From NCBI RefSeq assembly GCF_036321535.1, contig NC_087466.1, positions 2,790,001 through 2,854,000 of the forward strand: 64,000 nucleotides of DNA. Direction: 5' to 3'. A program made the translations under genes and the position numbers. Shown one piece after another: positions 52,300 to 64,000 of this stretch (its first letter is position 1; each line of letters starts with the position of its first letter). The notes below the pieces were generated by a model, which ran no database searches, was not told the origin of the DNA, and saw nothing but the letters and a program-made list of their open reading frames with translations. Source of the stretch: Camelus dromedarius. Its lineage: Eukaryota.

Positions 52300-53050
52300 G
52301 GTCACCCCATCCTCCGGGGGCCCCAGGGCCCGGACACTCGGCCGACCCTCGGGCCCGTCAGGACCTCCGGGCTGGAGGCCCGCACCTGCCTCCACCGACC
52401 GGGGCCGCCCACACCCACGCCGCCGAGGGACAGTGGCCACACTGGCTGCCGCAGAGCCACTCACCTGGGCCGGGCGGGGCCGCTCACCTGCGGGGGCGGG
52501 GCCGAGGGCGGGGCAGGGCGGGGCCGCACCTGAGCGTCTCCAGCGCGGGGCCACAGCCTCCTCGGCGGCGGCTGCTGACGCGGAGCCCGCGGCAGCCCGA
52601 GCGCCCGGAGCCCCGCCCCCGCCCGCGGCACTTCCGGGGCTGCTCTAGGCCTCGCGGAGGCCCGCGTCTCGCTGGTCCCGCCGCGCCGCGGGTAGCTGTC
52701 TGGCCGCCGGGCTCCGGGATGCAGGGAGGGGTTCGGGGGAGTTCGTCTGGTTGGCGCAGGGCTCCAGGCCGTCCCCCAACACGTCCCGGCTGGGCGGGCG
52801 TTGGCGGGAGCGCAGAGGAGGAAACTGAAGCCGGGAGGGCACCTGCCCGTGGGGTGGGGCCAGCCGAGGCCGTGGAGCTGCTGGGGTCCGCAGGAGGCGT
52901 GCCTAGGGCTGCGGAGCCCGTCACCCTGCGCAGGCCCCGGGTCCTTTGGGGATGCACCCTCCCTTCGTGGGGAGCCGTGGTTCTGCCTGCCCACCCCGTC
53001 CCCGCGGAGATAGATGAGGAGGGCCAGGAGCGCATCCAGGAGACTGCTGG
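52300..53050 (-). promoter_or_regulatory. ZNF70: ZNF70 CpG-island promoter and non-coding exon 1
   Basis: CpG-dense, GC boxes, CCGGAAGTG near 52630, minus-strand GTGAG donors at ~52464 and ~52487. Confidence 0.7.
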
Positions 53051-53875
53051 GAGCATAGGCGGGACCCTCGAGACCCCAACTCTGCATCTGAGGGATGACC
53101 TCCGTTCAGAGGGCGCCTCTTAAGGGAACTGGGAGGGAAGAGGCATGTGTTCTTAAACCTGCTCCCCCACCCCAGAACTCGATTCGGCTTCTGATGACAA
53201 GACTTGCCCCTCCACCCAGTAGTCCCCCAACACCAATGCTCCGGTCCATCCTGCACCTCCCTTGGGGGCCACAGCCCTATAACAGGAAACCTCTAGAACA
53301 CACTTTCCTGAGAGGAGGGCTGCTTCCTATTCTGCCCACCTGCCCTCAGCACCTCCTGTCCTGGCCCTCAGGTGTCTTTGAATGCTCTCACCCTCCCCAC
53401 ACACCCACGTGCCTTCCTGCCCCATCCACAGTAGGCAGAGGCTGCCCCTCCCCAAGCTAGGAGCCTGGGCACCAAATGCAGTCACCCCGAGAGCGTTGGA
53501 CCACAACCAGCCATGCAGAGCCGGGACCAGCAAAGGCTGGTTCCTTTTTCTCTCCCTTCGGCTCCTCAGGTCACAGGAAGGCAAGAGCCACCAGTCTGAG
53601 CCCCCTGGGAGACAGTGGGGAGGCTGGGCCCCACCCCAAGGTTCTCAGGTGCTTCCTCTTCTGCAACAATCCCCAGAATCCCTGCCCCCATACTCTCAGA
53701 TGGACCACAGTCACTTTTTCAGCAAGGATTTCATGACCCTCCGAATAGTTATTGTTGATATATTGAGTATTACTAACCCATTTTACGGAGGAGGGAAATG
53801 AAGGCTCAGAGAAAGGTCAGGAGCAGAAATAGGAGGCAGACGGGAGGCACTCATCCCACATCCCACATCCCACCC

Positions 53876-54977
53876 CTAGAATCCGTAGCCCACGGAGCAG
53901 TAATAATCTGCTTCGTCCTCTGGCTGCACGGGGCTGATGGTCAGGATGCAGGCGTTATGGGCTTTATCTGTGGCTGCTGAGAAGCGATCAGGGATGTCCG
54001 GGGGCCGGTGGTAGTCCTCCTCTGAGCGATAGTAGATGAGGTAGCGGGGGGCGCTGCCTGCCCGCTGCTGATACCAAGACACACCGTAGTCCCCGACGGT
54101 GGCGTAACGGGGGCTGAGCATGCAGGAAAGTTGGGCCACTTGGCCTGGGAAGACCAGCAGTGCCTCTGGCTGGGTCAGGGCTGGGTGGGAGACTGAGAGA
54201 CAGACACACTCAGGCCTGGCCTGGGCCCCTTCCCTCCTGCCCCACCCTACAAAGCCTTGGTCAGACTCCTGGGAGAATCCAAAAACTCACAGCCCCGTGC
54301 CACTGGATCAGCACTGGGTGGAGCACTGATTTGGCACCCCCTCAGCCCCCATTAGTGCCATGTTCACAAGGATCTATGTTCAGTTAAGGACCTAGAGTTC
54401 AGAGAGTGGGACTGGTGGCCTCTGTGTTCTTCTGCTGCCCTCCCTCATCCCTTACCCTGCTGACCCCTAAAACTTTGGTTACACTGGCTCTTCCAAACCC
54501 TGGCTACAGACTGACCACCCCCAGAGAGGCTCTTGGGCTGTTACTACCCATTAGCTGAGCCTCAGGCCACTGGCCCTTCGGGACTTTCTCAGTGTTAGTG
54601 TGTCCTGAGGTTCTGTCGGGACCAGATCACACCAGTTTCCCCTCTGTATAACCCAAAAGGTGACTAGTCTCTGAGACCCCAGAGAGTCAGTGTCAAAGGG
54701 ACCCTAGCAATCTGGTCATGCACAAATGGGGAAACCGAGGCCCACGCAGAAGAGTGACCTGCCTAAGGTCTATGGCAGAGCCATCTGCAGTTTATCTTCC
54801 CCCACCTCAATGTCCCTTCCAGAACCCTCCCCACTGCCCATAGCAATTTGCTTCCATTCAAGGGCTTTCTGGAACCCATGCTGTGTCCCACCCCACCCCC
54901 AGGTGAGCCGGGCCCAGGGAGGGCTCACCTGCCAGGAGGGCCCCAGCTAGGAGGAGAGCCAGACGACAGCAGACCAT
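53876..54977 (-). CDS. VPREB3: V-set pre-B surrogate light chain 3 (VpreB3), 121 aa
   Basis: Leader exon 54929-54977 (MVCCRLALLLAGALLA), exon 2 53876-54192: LLVFPGQVAQLSC...DYGVSWYQQRAGSAPRYLIYYRSEED...DRFSAA...PEDEADYYCSVGYGF*. Confidence 0.96.
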
Positions 54978-55072
54978 GGCCAGGGGCAGGGAGGCCGGCG
55001 GGAGTCGTTCTGTTGGACGATACCCAGGTGCTTCAGGGAACAGCAGGGGAGGCTGCTGGACCACAGCAGGGC

Positions 55073-55080
55073 ATGCAAAT
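55073..55080 (-). promoter_or_regulatory. VPREB3: Octamer motif of the VPREB3 promoter
   Basis: ATTTGCAT on the sense (minus) strand, 96 nt upstream of the ATG. Confidence 0.75.
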
Positions 55081-55314
55081 CAGCCCATTGACTGGGGCAT
55101 GGGAGGGGTGGCGCTGGGGGGCCCAGCAGCCAGGCCCTGTCTTCCCAAACAGCAGGGTCCTGGCCCCACAGGACCTTCAGAGAACAGGAGCCTGGAAATC
55201 CACGTGTACAGTTATAGCAGGTGGCTACCTTTTCTTTGAGGTGTAACTCATATGGTAAAGTGCACACATCTCAAGTGTATGTTTATTTTATTTTATAAAA
55301 TTGAAACTTAAATT

Positions 55315-55513
55315 CTTTTTTAGGCTTTTATTTTGGTAGGGGAGGTAATTAAGTTTATTTATTTAAATTTTTTTCTTTTTTTTTTTTTTTTTTTTGGTGG
55401 GGGAAGGTAACTAGGTCAATAAATTAATTAATTAAAATAGACGGACGGGAGATTGAACCCAGGATATTGTGCATGCTAAGCATGCACTCTACCACTGAGC
55501 TATATTCTCCCCC
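55315..55513 (-). mobile_element. tRNA-derived SINE (Vic-1-like) with duplicated tail
   Basis: One tRNA-like head (ends 55513) and two successive GGGGA(A)GGTAA(T/C)T tail segments separated by poly(T). Confidence 0.8.
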
Positions 55514-55519
55514 AACCCC

Positions 55520-56030
55520 GATTTTTATGTACCCTGCAGCCTCTACCCAGATGAAGATTTAGAACATTTCTACCTCCCCCGAAGTCTCCCTCATAAGCCG
55601 CCCCTGTTAGTGACGGCCTCTTCACCCCCACCTGTAACCATCTTTCTGACTCTGTGGTTAGATCAGTTTGGGGTAGAAAGTCAACTTAAATGGGATGCTA
55701 GTGTGTCCTCTTTAGTTCTTGCTTCTTTTGTTCAGCAGTAGAAGAATCATCTGTGTGTGCAGCCATGTTTAATTCATTTTCACATCCACTGTGTGGATGG
55801 ACCACAATTAGTTTATCCATCTCCTATTAGTAGACATTTGGGTGCTTTCGTCTTCGGCCATAACAAAGAGAACTGCTGTGACTGTTCCTGCCTGTGACTC
55901 TGGTGCACCTGTGCTCTTGTTCCTGCTGAGTAGACACCCAGGACTGGGGACCCCGGGGGGCCGGGAACATTTCCATTTAGTATTAGTAGATACCACCAGG
56001 GTCCCAATGTGGTTGTGCACATCGTAGGTA
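55520..56030 (-). mobile_element. Old L1M 3' fragment
   Basis: tttatccatctcctattagtagacatttgggtgcttt...ataacaaagagaactgctgtga. Confidence 0.6.
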
Positions 56031-57309
56031 AGAGAGTTCTGAGACGTGGGGTCAACGTTCAGTCCCTTTAATTTGCCAGACAGAGGGGAGCTGACTGATT
56101 GGGATTCAACCTGAGTGAGCTGGGATTCAAACTTGACGCTTTGACATCTTGGACCTTGCTGACCTTGGAGAGAACTTGGAGAGATCTGGAACCCTCCCAG
56201 GGTCAGTCAATTCCTAGAGACAGTAGCACACTTTTCAAATGCAAACCAGCCACTCCTGAGCCCACACTCCCAACCACCTTCTCTAAGGGAGCTCTTGCAT
56301 TGAGCCACTGTCTTCCCGCCCTAGTCACCCAGGGCCAGGTACCAGACAGCCAGGGACAGCCCCTGTGCCCCAGAGCCCTGAGGTTATTCCAACCAGTTAT
56401 CCTGCCTTGCAGGTTGGTTCCTTCTCTCAGAAACCACAAGAAGGGGTCCTGCTCAGAGCTCCCCTCCATCTACCTCCTGACCAACCCTGGTGCTTTCCCA
56501 TGTGGCCTGGCCCCCCACAGTGTGTCGTGCCCCCTCCTCTTGGGAACTGTGCGTCACAAATCATCTTCTCAACGGTGGTCATCTCCTGATCTGTTGGCCT
56601 TCCCATACCTGAATACTAAGAAAACAAGTGAAAACAGTGCCCTATTGTTGCAGTCTGAGGGCTCACTTAGGGGAGGTTATGAAAGCCCCCCACTGTGGGT
56701 CCTACTCCGTTCCTAACCTCTTTAGAGTACCTCCGTGACGCTCAAGACAAAAGACCCCTCCTCAGCGGCACTACAGTAAAACCCTTTGGACGACAGGGTG
56801 GTGGTCATTGGAGCTGAAGTTCCAGGGCCCCGAGCAGCCATCCCTTCCAAAATCTAGCTGCAGCCACTCCTGCGCTTGTTCTGCAGGTCATGGGTCCCCA
56901 GAAACAGTGGCGTGCCGGGAAGGAAGTGCCCTGCGTGTAGGTAGGTTTAGGACATGCTGCCTGTTGCCCCAGTACTGCCTCTGAGCATCTGCTGTGTGCT
57001 CAGCCAGAGGCTGCACTCTAAAGGGAACTGCGTTTAATCCTTGTGCTGACCTGCTGCACGGTGGTGCTGTGAGCATGCTTTTCATCCCCTTTACAGGTGT
57101 TAGTACCGAGGAAAGTCTTGTCAGGAGCAACCCTGGTGAGCTGCACGGAGGAGCTGGTCCTCCTCCTGCCTCCTGCCCAGAGCTCTGCCTGAAGAGGGTG
57201 GATGATCAGCCTACTCCCCAGGGAGCCAGTTGGGGGCACAGCTAAGAAAGAGGTGCTCGTGACCCGCTGGGAATCCGGGAGCCCCAGCCACAAGCAGATG
57301 GGTAGAGGA

Positions 57310-57910
57310 GCAATATGAAAGGGGTGGCATGCTGGAAAACATGGGCAGTTTCTTGCAAAGAAATTAAATTTCTCTCCCCACGTGACCAAGCAATCCCTCT
57401 ACTGGTCAGTATTTACGGTATTTACCGCTATCTACTGGAAATGGAAAGGTGTCTCTTCACCCAGAGAACTGCAGGCCAGTCTTTGTACCGGCTTTATTCA
57501 TAATCGTCAAAAACTGGAAACAATCCAAACAGCAGCACATGAGTGGGTCCCCAGACTGTGGTACCTCCAGGCAGGGAGCCCTCCTCGGTGATGAGAAGGA
57601 GCCACTGATACAGTGACCACCTGGGTGAGTCTCACGTGGGTGTGTGGAGCTGAGTGAGTGACCGGACTTGAAAGGCTCCACACTCTGTGTGGCTCCCCCT
57701 ATAAGGCAGAGAGAGAGGGCAGGGGCCAAGAACACTGCAGTGCTTGCTAGGGCTGGGAGTGACCACAAAGTGGCATAAGGGAATTTGGTGCGGGGGTGAT
57801 GGAAACGTTACTTATCCTGACCGTGTTGGTGGTTGCATGATATTTGTCACAACTCGAGGACACTAAAAAGGGTGAATTTTGTGGTATGTAAATCATACCT
57901 CAAGAAACTA
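57310..57910 (+). mobile_element. Old L1M (MC/MD-type) 3' fragment
   Basis: gctttattcataatcgtcaaaaactggaaacaatccaaa...ggtgatggaaacgtt...ggtgaattttgtggtatgtaaatcatacctcaa. Confidence 0.7.
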
Positions 57911-58547
57911 GACTGAAAAAGGAAAGAAACAGGGACAGAAGAGAGGGAGGCTGGGAGTGAGCCCAGGGACGGGGGCCTGGAGGGTTAATGGGGACCCTGC
58001 TTCTGACACAGCCTTGGCCGGCACCCCACCCCCAGGACCTCCCCCACTTTCAGCCTGGGAGCTCTGTCTCTTCTGGTCGGAGGATGTGGTCTCTGGACAT
58101 CCCTGGACCCTGAAGCTCCAGCCCCCATTGTAGCCCTGTGTCAGGGAATGCCTGTACCCTTCCCAGAACCCGTTACCCAGACACTGGGGGGAAGGCATTT
58201 CCTGCCTGACGTCTTGGCAGTTCCCACTGCCATGGAGACCAGCTTGGAAGCTGGGAGGGCCTCAGCCTTCTCTGGCTGCTCTGATCCAGCAAGTGGGAGG
58301 AAGAGGAGGCCAAGGGTCCAGGAGTAGCTTCAGGGACCCCTCTGGGCTGGGGGAACCCAGCCCCAAGGGTGGCAGGCAGGGAGCTCCCCTGGGCCCACCC
58401 AACTATCACCCACCCGTCACCTCCACACACATACATCTCCTGCAGGGCCCAACCCAGAGTAGATCTGAGCCCTGGATCCTTGCTTTATCCAGAAGTTGGG
58501 GGTTGGAGGACCAAAGCCCCCACATCTGTCTCCTCTCCTCTGCAGCC

Positions 58548-60771
58548 ATGTTTATCACAGTGATGTTTGGGGGTAAGTGGAGTCCCCTGTCCTGGCAGAT
58601 GGGTGGTGAGGTTCAGTCCCACTGCCTTGGGGGTGGGTGGGGAGGTAGTGTGGGGAAGGGGGTGCATGTGGGAAGGGGATGGGAGTGTCTGGAGTGAGTG
58701 CCTTGAGGTCCTGGGAAATTCACTTGGGTTCCTCAAGGGTGGCCCCTACCCCGCCCCTACTCCGCTCTCACCACCACTGTTACCTTGGAGCATGTTTTCA
58801 AACTGCTCCATTTCTTAGCTGATCAGCGGTCCTCAAGCTCCAGGATGCATGGCGCACCTGAAGCTCTAGTCACTGCTGCAGATTCTCAACCGTCTGGGGG
58901 AGGCAGGGCTAATGCAGGTTGAGGGGGGCTGTAGGGGGCAGGGGGGCTGGAAGTGGGGCTGAAGTGGGAGTGTAAGGTCCCATGCAGGAAGCATGAGCTG
59001 TGCACCCATCACTGATATCTTGGGAGATGGAAGGGAGACATTGCTATTCTGTAGCTCCCTTCCCTGCTCTGTAGGGAAGAGGCAGGAGGGAGGCAGAGGG
59101 TCTCAGTTTGGGGGAAAATAGAGGGTCCCATTCACTCACCTCTGCCCTTCCCCTACAGCTGGCTGCTGGGAGCTGGTGAACCCCTGTTGCAGCCTGGTGA
59201 CCCTCACTGCCCACCTGAGGCGGAGGGGGCAGGTGCCCCCAGATGGTGAGGGGGTGGGGAGGGGTGCTGGGAGGACTGGCTGATGGCCCCCAGGCAGGGG
59301 TGCCTGCCCTGCCCTGCCTCCCTCTCTGCCCTCCCAGTGACCATCGCCCTCCTGGCTGAGGACGGGCACCTGGTGAGCCTGGGTGAGGGACTGGAGGAGG
59401 AGACTTCCCTGACGCCCTTCGTGGGCAGCCTCCTGCTGCAGGAGCGTGGCACATATGTCCTGGTGCAGGTCATCAGTAAGTGGGGCCTAAGACTCCCTGC
59501 TGTGGCTATGTTGGAATGTAAGGGTGGGGACAGCAGCTGAAGACTACCCAAGCCCTGCCCCACCCTCGCTTTGGCCAGGACCTAGCCCTGACTTTCCCAT
59601 CCAATGCCTTGTCCTGGCCCCAGTCTGGGCCAGCAAGTGGGTTCAGAGTGAGAGGTGGGGGTGGAGACCACCAAGCCAGCCAGGAAATCAGTCTTCACCC
59701 CTCTGCAGAGGGGGAAGGCGCAGCCCCCACCCGCTATGAGTCCATGCTGGAGAACCTGGATGACTGGTATCCAGAGCTGGCAGGTGAGTGTCACAGAAGT
59801 GCCCCCCGGTGGGGGGGGTGCATCTTCTGGGCAGCCCCATGGGCAGGGCTTCTTGGGCCTTCCAGAGGAGCTGCGCTGGCTGTCAGGCCTGCCCTCCGTG
59901 GGTGATGGCTGGAGGAGGCGCGCAGGCACTCGGCGTGGCCACCAGGAGCAAGGCCCTCCTTCAAGGCAAAGGGTGGGCTCCCTGCTGTCCAGGACCCGCC
60001 AGCTGGGCCAGGAGCCAGGTAAGGAAACGACAGAGATACCTGAGGGGATGCTCACACCCAGAAGTGCAAACCCTTCCCAGGGGAAGATGTGTGTGCTGAG
60101 AGGTGGACCCCAACACCAGCCTCCCTTGGACACACATATACCCCTGTGATGGAACACACTATACTGGGAGACAGGTCTCCACCATCCGGCTAGAGTCTAA
60201 GAGCCCAAGGACAGGAGCATCCTCAGGGTCCAGGAGGCACAGGGGAGGCGCTCATTGCAGAGCTGTTGAACAAAATCCCTGTGTGATGGCGTTTGAAGGG
60301 CCGGCCCCTCTGTTCTGAAGGCCCTGTGACCTGGCACACCACAGCCAAGTGGCCAAGCTGGACTCAGACCCAAGTGGGTTGGCCATGACCTTTACCTTGT
60401 GTTATCAAGCCCGAAGTCCCAGCCGCATTCCTCTTGCAGAATCGGGAATTACTGGGAAATTGCATCAGCAAGAGGGGGAAGGTCACAGACAATACAAAGC
60501 TGCCTCAGACGCCCCTAAGATGTGGGAGCTAAGAAAGGGATCGGAGGCAGAGAGAAGGGCGTGGAGAGGCCGGGGTCCCTGAGAGGAGACAACATACTCC
60601 TCCAGGGATTCCAGCCCCAGGTGTCATACGCCCTTGAGATCACCTGCTGATGCCTCACCCCCATTTGGACTGCCAGAGACTGATTACAACAGGATTACAA
60701 GGTCACCCTCCCAACCCAGGACACCAGCTCACAGTGAAGCATCTTCCCCCACCCTGCAGACAGTCCAATGA
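58548..60771 (+). CDS. C22orf15: C22orf15 homolog (uncharacterized, testis-enriched in human)
   Basis: Exons 58548-58572 (MFITVMFG), 59159-59245, 59338-59475 (TIALLAEDGHLVSL), 59709-59783 (TRYESMLENLDDWYPELA), 59866-59972 or 59866-60018; last exon probably from 60677, stop 60769-60771 if the 60018 donor is used. The C-terminus is tentative. Confidence 0.85.
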
Positions 60772-60798
60772 CAGAGGACACAGCAGACTTGGGTCTAA

Positions 60799-60814
60799 AA
60801 TAAACTCTTTTAAT
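60799..60814. terminator. Back-to-back poly(A) signals of C22orf15 (+) and CHCHD10 (-)
   Basis: AATAAA on + at 60799-60804; ATTAAA on - at 60809-60814. Confidence 0.75.
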
Positions 60815-60967
60815 TGCACATTTTCGTCTCGGGTCACCTGGGGGTTGAGAAACCCCCTCCTCACTCCTAGTCCCAGCTACACGGGTACAACCTGACATCA
60901 TGGTCTGGCTGGTGGTGAAGGAGTGAAGGCGGGTGCAGGGTTGGCCCCTGAATCTGCAGCAGTCTCT

Positions 60968-62577
60968 TCAGGGCAGGGAGCTCAGACCTGCAGAGGGAGG
61001 GGTGCACAGGCTGGAGGTGAACCTGCAGGTGCAGGAGGCAGGACCACCCCTCCCGCCCCAGCCTGGGTCAGGGGCCGCCTACTCACCGTGGTTGTACTTG
61101 CACTGCTTCAGGGCCTCNNNNNNNNNNNNNNNNNNNNNNNNNNNNNNNNNNNNNNNNNNNNNNNNNNNNNNNNNNNNNNNNNNNNNNNNNNNNNNNNNNN
61201 NNNNNNNNNNNNNNNNNNNNNNNNNNNNNNNNNNNNNNNNNNNNNNNNNNNNNNNNNNNNNNNNNNNNNNNGAGTGGCAGCCAGAAGAGGACTCCAAAGC
61301 TGGGGGGGCCAGCTGCCCCTCCCCACACGCCCAGCCCGGGTGCCCCAAGGGTCCCTGGCAGGCCAAGTGACCCAGGGCCAGTCTGCCCTGTCCAGTCTCA
61401 GCTGCTCCATCCATGAAACAGGGTGAGCCCACAGCTCTCTCAAAACCACCCTGCTGATGCTACCGCTGGTACCATAACAAGCATGTTGGCAGGTGGTGGA
61501 GTGAGGTAGAAGGTTCTAGAAAAGCCCAGTGTTCTGCTGGAGTATGAGCCCCACCCCAACAAGTTCTAGCACCTTCCAGGCTCAGCCACACTGATCCTCA
61601 TGGCCCCTGACCCTGCCACAAAGCCCGAATTTGGCTTAGGACTGGTGGGGTGCCTAGTGGGGGACAGGCCAGCAGGGAACAGGCCCAGAGTCACTCGCTA
61701 CCCTTTTCCCTTGGGTGCAGGGGTTACAGGGCAGACCTGAGTGGGAGAGCTGGGACTCAGGAACTTCAACTCCCTTCTACTAGGGTTAGGTGACCTTGGG
61801 CCAGTCTGAGTTCCTTAAGAACCTCGGCTTTCCCATCTCCACCGGGGTCTAGGGACCTTGGCCTCAGGGGAGGGGCTGGAGACCCTGCTATTACTGACCA
61901 GAGGCCAAAATCAGAGCGAGGAATAGGACCCTCCCTGCTCAAAGTCCTTGGCCGAGGCAGCTCTGGACACCCTCGGACACTCCTCGCTGGACATTCAGGG
62001 AGCTCTCTGCTAGGCGGCCTTGAGAGAAGGCGGCCTCAGTTTCCCCTGAGCCCGTTGCTCACCTGCTGGGCAGCAGGCTGGGCAGCAGGCTGGGCGGGCT
62101 CCGAGCTCCCCCCGCTGAACGCTCCGGTCAGAGCGCTGCCCATGACGTGTCCCACAGCCGAGCCCACTGCCACTCCGGCGGCCGTGGTCGCCATCTGCGC
62201 CATCAGGCCGGGCTGGCCCGACGGGGCGGGCGCCGGGGCTGCAGCCGAGGGCGGTGGGTGCGCTGGCGGGTGGGCAGAGGGCGCGGCGGTGCGGCTGCAA
62301 AGTGCGGGGGAAGCAGAGTTAATCCGGGCCGGCCGGGGGCCCCAGGGCCCTCAACTTCGGAGAGGCACCCTCTTTGCTTCCCAGAGGGTGGTGACCACCG
62401 TTTTAGACCCTGGGTTGCAGCACCCCGCCCCTCCCCCACCAAGATGGCGCTGCAGCCGCCAAGGTCACGCTGGCTCGCCCTTGGGGGTACCGCTCTTCCC
62501 GGCCCCCTCCCCGCGGGCCTCCGGTCTCGCTCACACCTGGCTGGCCTGGCGGCCATGCTGCGACTCCCCCGGGGCAT
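60968..62577 (-). CDS. CHCHD10: Coiled-coil-helix-coiled-coil-helix domain protein 10 (mitochondrial)
   Basis: Exon 1 62537-62577 ([14 protein letters not shown]), exon 2 62063-62294 (AHPPAHPPP...[34 protein letters not shown]), exon 3 ending 61087 ([10 protein letters not shown]; 5' part under Ns), exon 4 60968-60987 (GLSSLP*). Confidence 0.96.
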
Positions 62578-63200
62578 GGTCAGGGCAGGGGGACCGACGG
62601 AGCAGAGTCAGAGACGGCGACGGCGGCAGCGGTTCTGCCTCGGGGACTAATACAGTAGCGCTGCGCACAGCCGGTGCAGCGGGGCGGGGCCGAGGCGGGG
62701 ACTCGCGGACACGCCCCTAGCGGGAGCGCGGCCGGGGGGGGCCACGCTGCTCTCCTGCGGGACCCCAGGACTCTCCCTTCCCTCATCCTCTGGTGTCGGT
62801 AACCCTGCTCCCTCACGGCGCCCTCCCGGTGCCCTCCTCGCTCCTGGCTGTGTGCGCCCTGGAGACACTGGCTGGTGTCGCAGGGCCCCAAGGACGTACG
62901 CAGGGACGACGGGCATGGTCCTTCAAAGACCACCGTGGAGCGCAGCGAGCTGTCCCTATCGGACAGCGCTTGCTGGCTACGGCGTGGCATCAGGGTCGCG
63001 GGTGAACTGGGTCGGGATAGAAGCACCCACCCCTCACTTGGCTAGAGGAAGGCACGCACGACTGTCCCCGGAACCCCCGCCAGGGGGCGTCCGGACGGGT
63101 CTCGGACTCCTTCCCGGCAAAAACGCGACCCGCGCCCTAGGCAGCCCCGGCAGAGATGAGATGAGCCCCCCCGCGTGGCCCTCCACCCAGCCCGAACCCC
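62050..63200 (-). promoter_or_regulatory. CHCHD10: CHCHD10 CpG island and promoter
   Basis: CpG-dense; GC boxes at ~62680-62700; CTCF-like CCGCCAGGGGGCG at 63077-63089. Confidence 0.7.
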
Positions 63201-64000
63201 TGTCCCACGGATGCAGCGCCAGACCCTGATAGGGTTTGAGCAGCATGTCCCTCCCAAAGGCGGTGACCTGAGTGCACAGCGGCGTCTGTGCAGGTTGGAA
63301 TCCTGTGGCTTCGAATTTTACCACCTGGTTCCAGGCCCTGGGCAGGGCAGAGGCTGGATTTAGGACGCTTCCCAGCCCTTAGGAATTCGAGGTTTTCATG
63401 GTCTTTCCTGAGGGACTTCTCAGTGGTCATATCATTACCCTTGGAGGGGAGGAGCCCTGATTTCTTTACCAACACCGCTATCACTGTCCCTTGTGCCTGT
63501 GGGAGGCCTCCTGGCCTCAGGATTGTGGGAAGGATGAAATAGCCCAGAGCAAAAGGATGGGGGTGGCTCCCAGGTGGGGAAATAAGCCCCTCTGTGAGGA
63601 GCGGAGTGAAAGAGAAGGTGGGGAGAAAGGCAACGGCAGTGACTGGCAGGCTTGGTTATGTCTCTACTGTGTCCCTAACACACAGTACTCACAGCCAGCC
63701 TGCGAAGCAGTGCCCTTCCTCCCCTGACTCCCATCTAGGCTGGGCCTCAGTTTTCTCCTTTCTGAAGTGGGGGTGACCACCCACCCTGAGGTGAGGGGAG
63801 CATGTGAAGGGTTGGTCACTCTCTCCTCACATACATGCGGGGGCTGGTCCAACTTTTGCCCATGCAGTCCCTGCCCACCTGTTCCTGTTTGCCAAACTGG
63901 CCCATCCTAGGTTCATCAGGGTCCTCCTCCTAGAGGAAGCCCTCTGTGGCCAGCCCACCTTGCTGTAACCATGGCTCTGCACTGTGGCCTACAGCGTGGG

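Noticed and set aside
62600-64000. MMP11 exons (expected next gene); likewise PPM1F before position 1400
   Set aside because: No matching coding sequence is seen; both likely lie outside the window.

Overview
Mammalian genomic DNA, GC-rich and probably camelid (nine copies of a tRNA-derived SINE resembling camelid Vic-1). Gene order: TOP3B(-), VPREB1(+), an unannotated IGLV3-type pseudogene(+), IGLL1/lambda5(+), ZNF70(-), VPREB3(-), C22orf15(+), CHCHD10(-). Exons were mapped by hand from GT-AG boundaries and reading frames close for all genes, except that CHCHD10 exon 3 is mostly hidden by Ns and the last C22orf15 exon is tentative. The most notable structure is 29-44 kb, which reads like a miniature Ig-lambda locus around lambda5. 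It holds a dead V-lambda with a broken RSS, a J inside lambda5 exon 2 that keeps an apparently intact 12-RSS (IGLL5/IGLJ1-like), a C exon, a lambdaB/EICE-like enhancer motif and convergent CTCF motifs. Eight N-runs (128-185 nt) look like length-preserving masks. Comparisons to human and mouse sequences are from memory and need database confirmation. Repeat boundaries and subfamily names are approximate.
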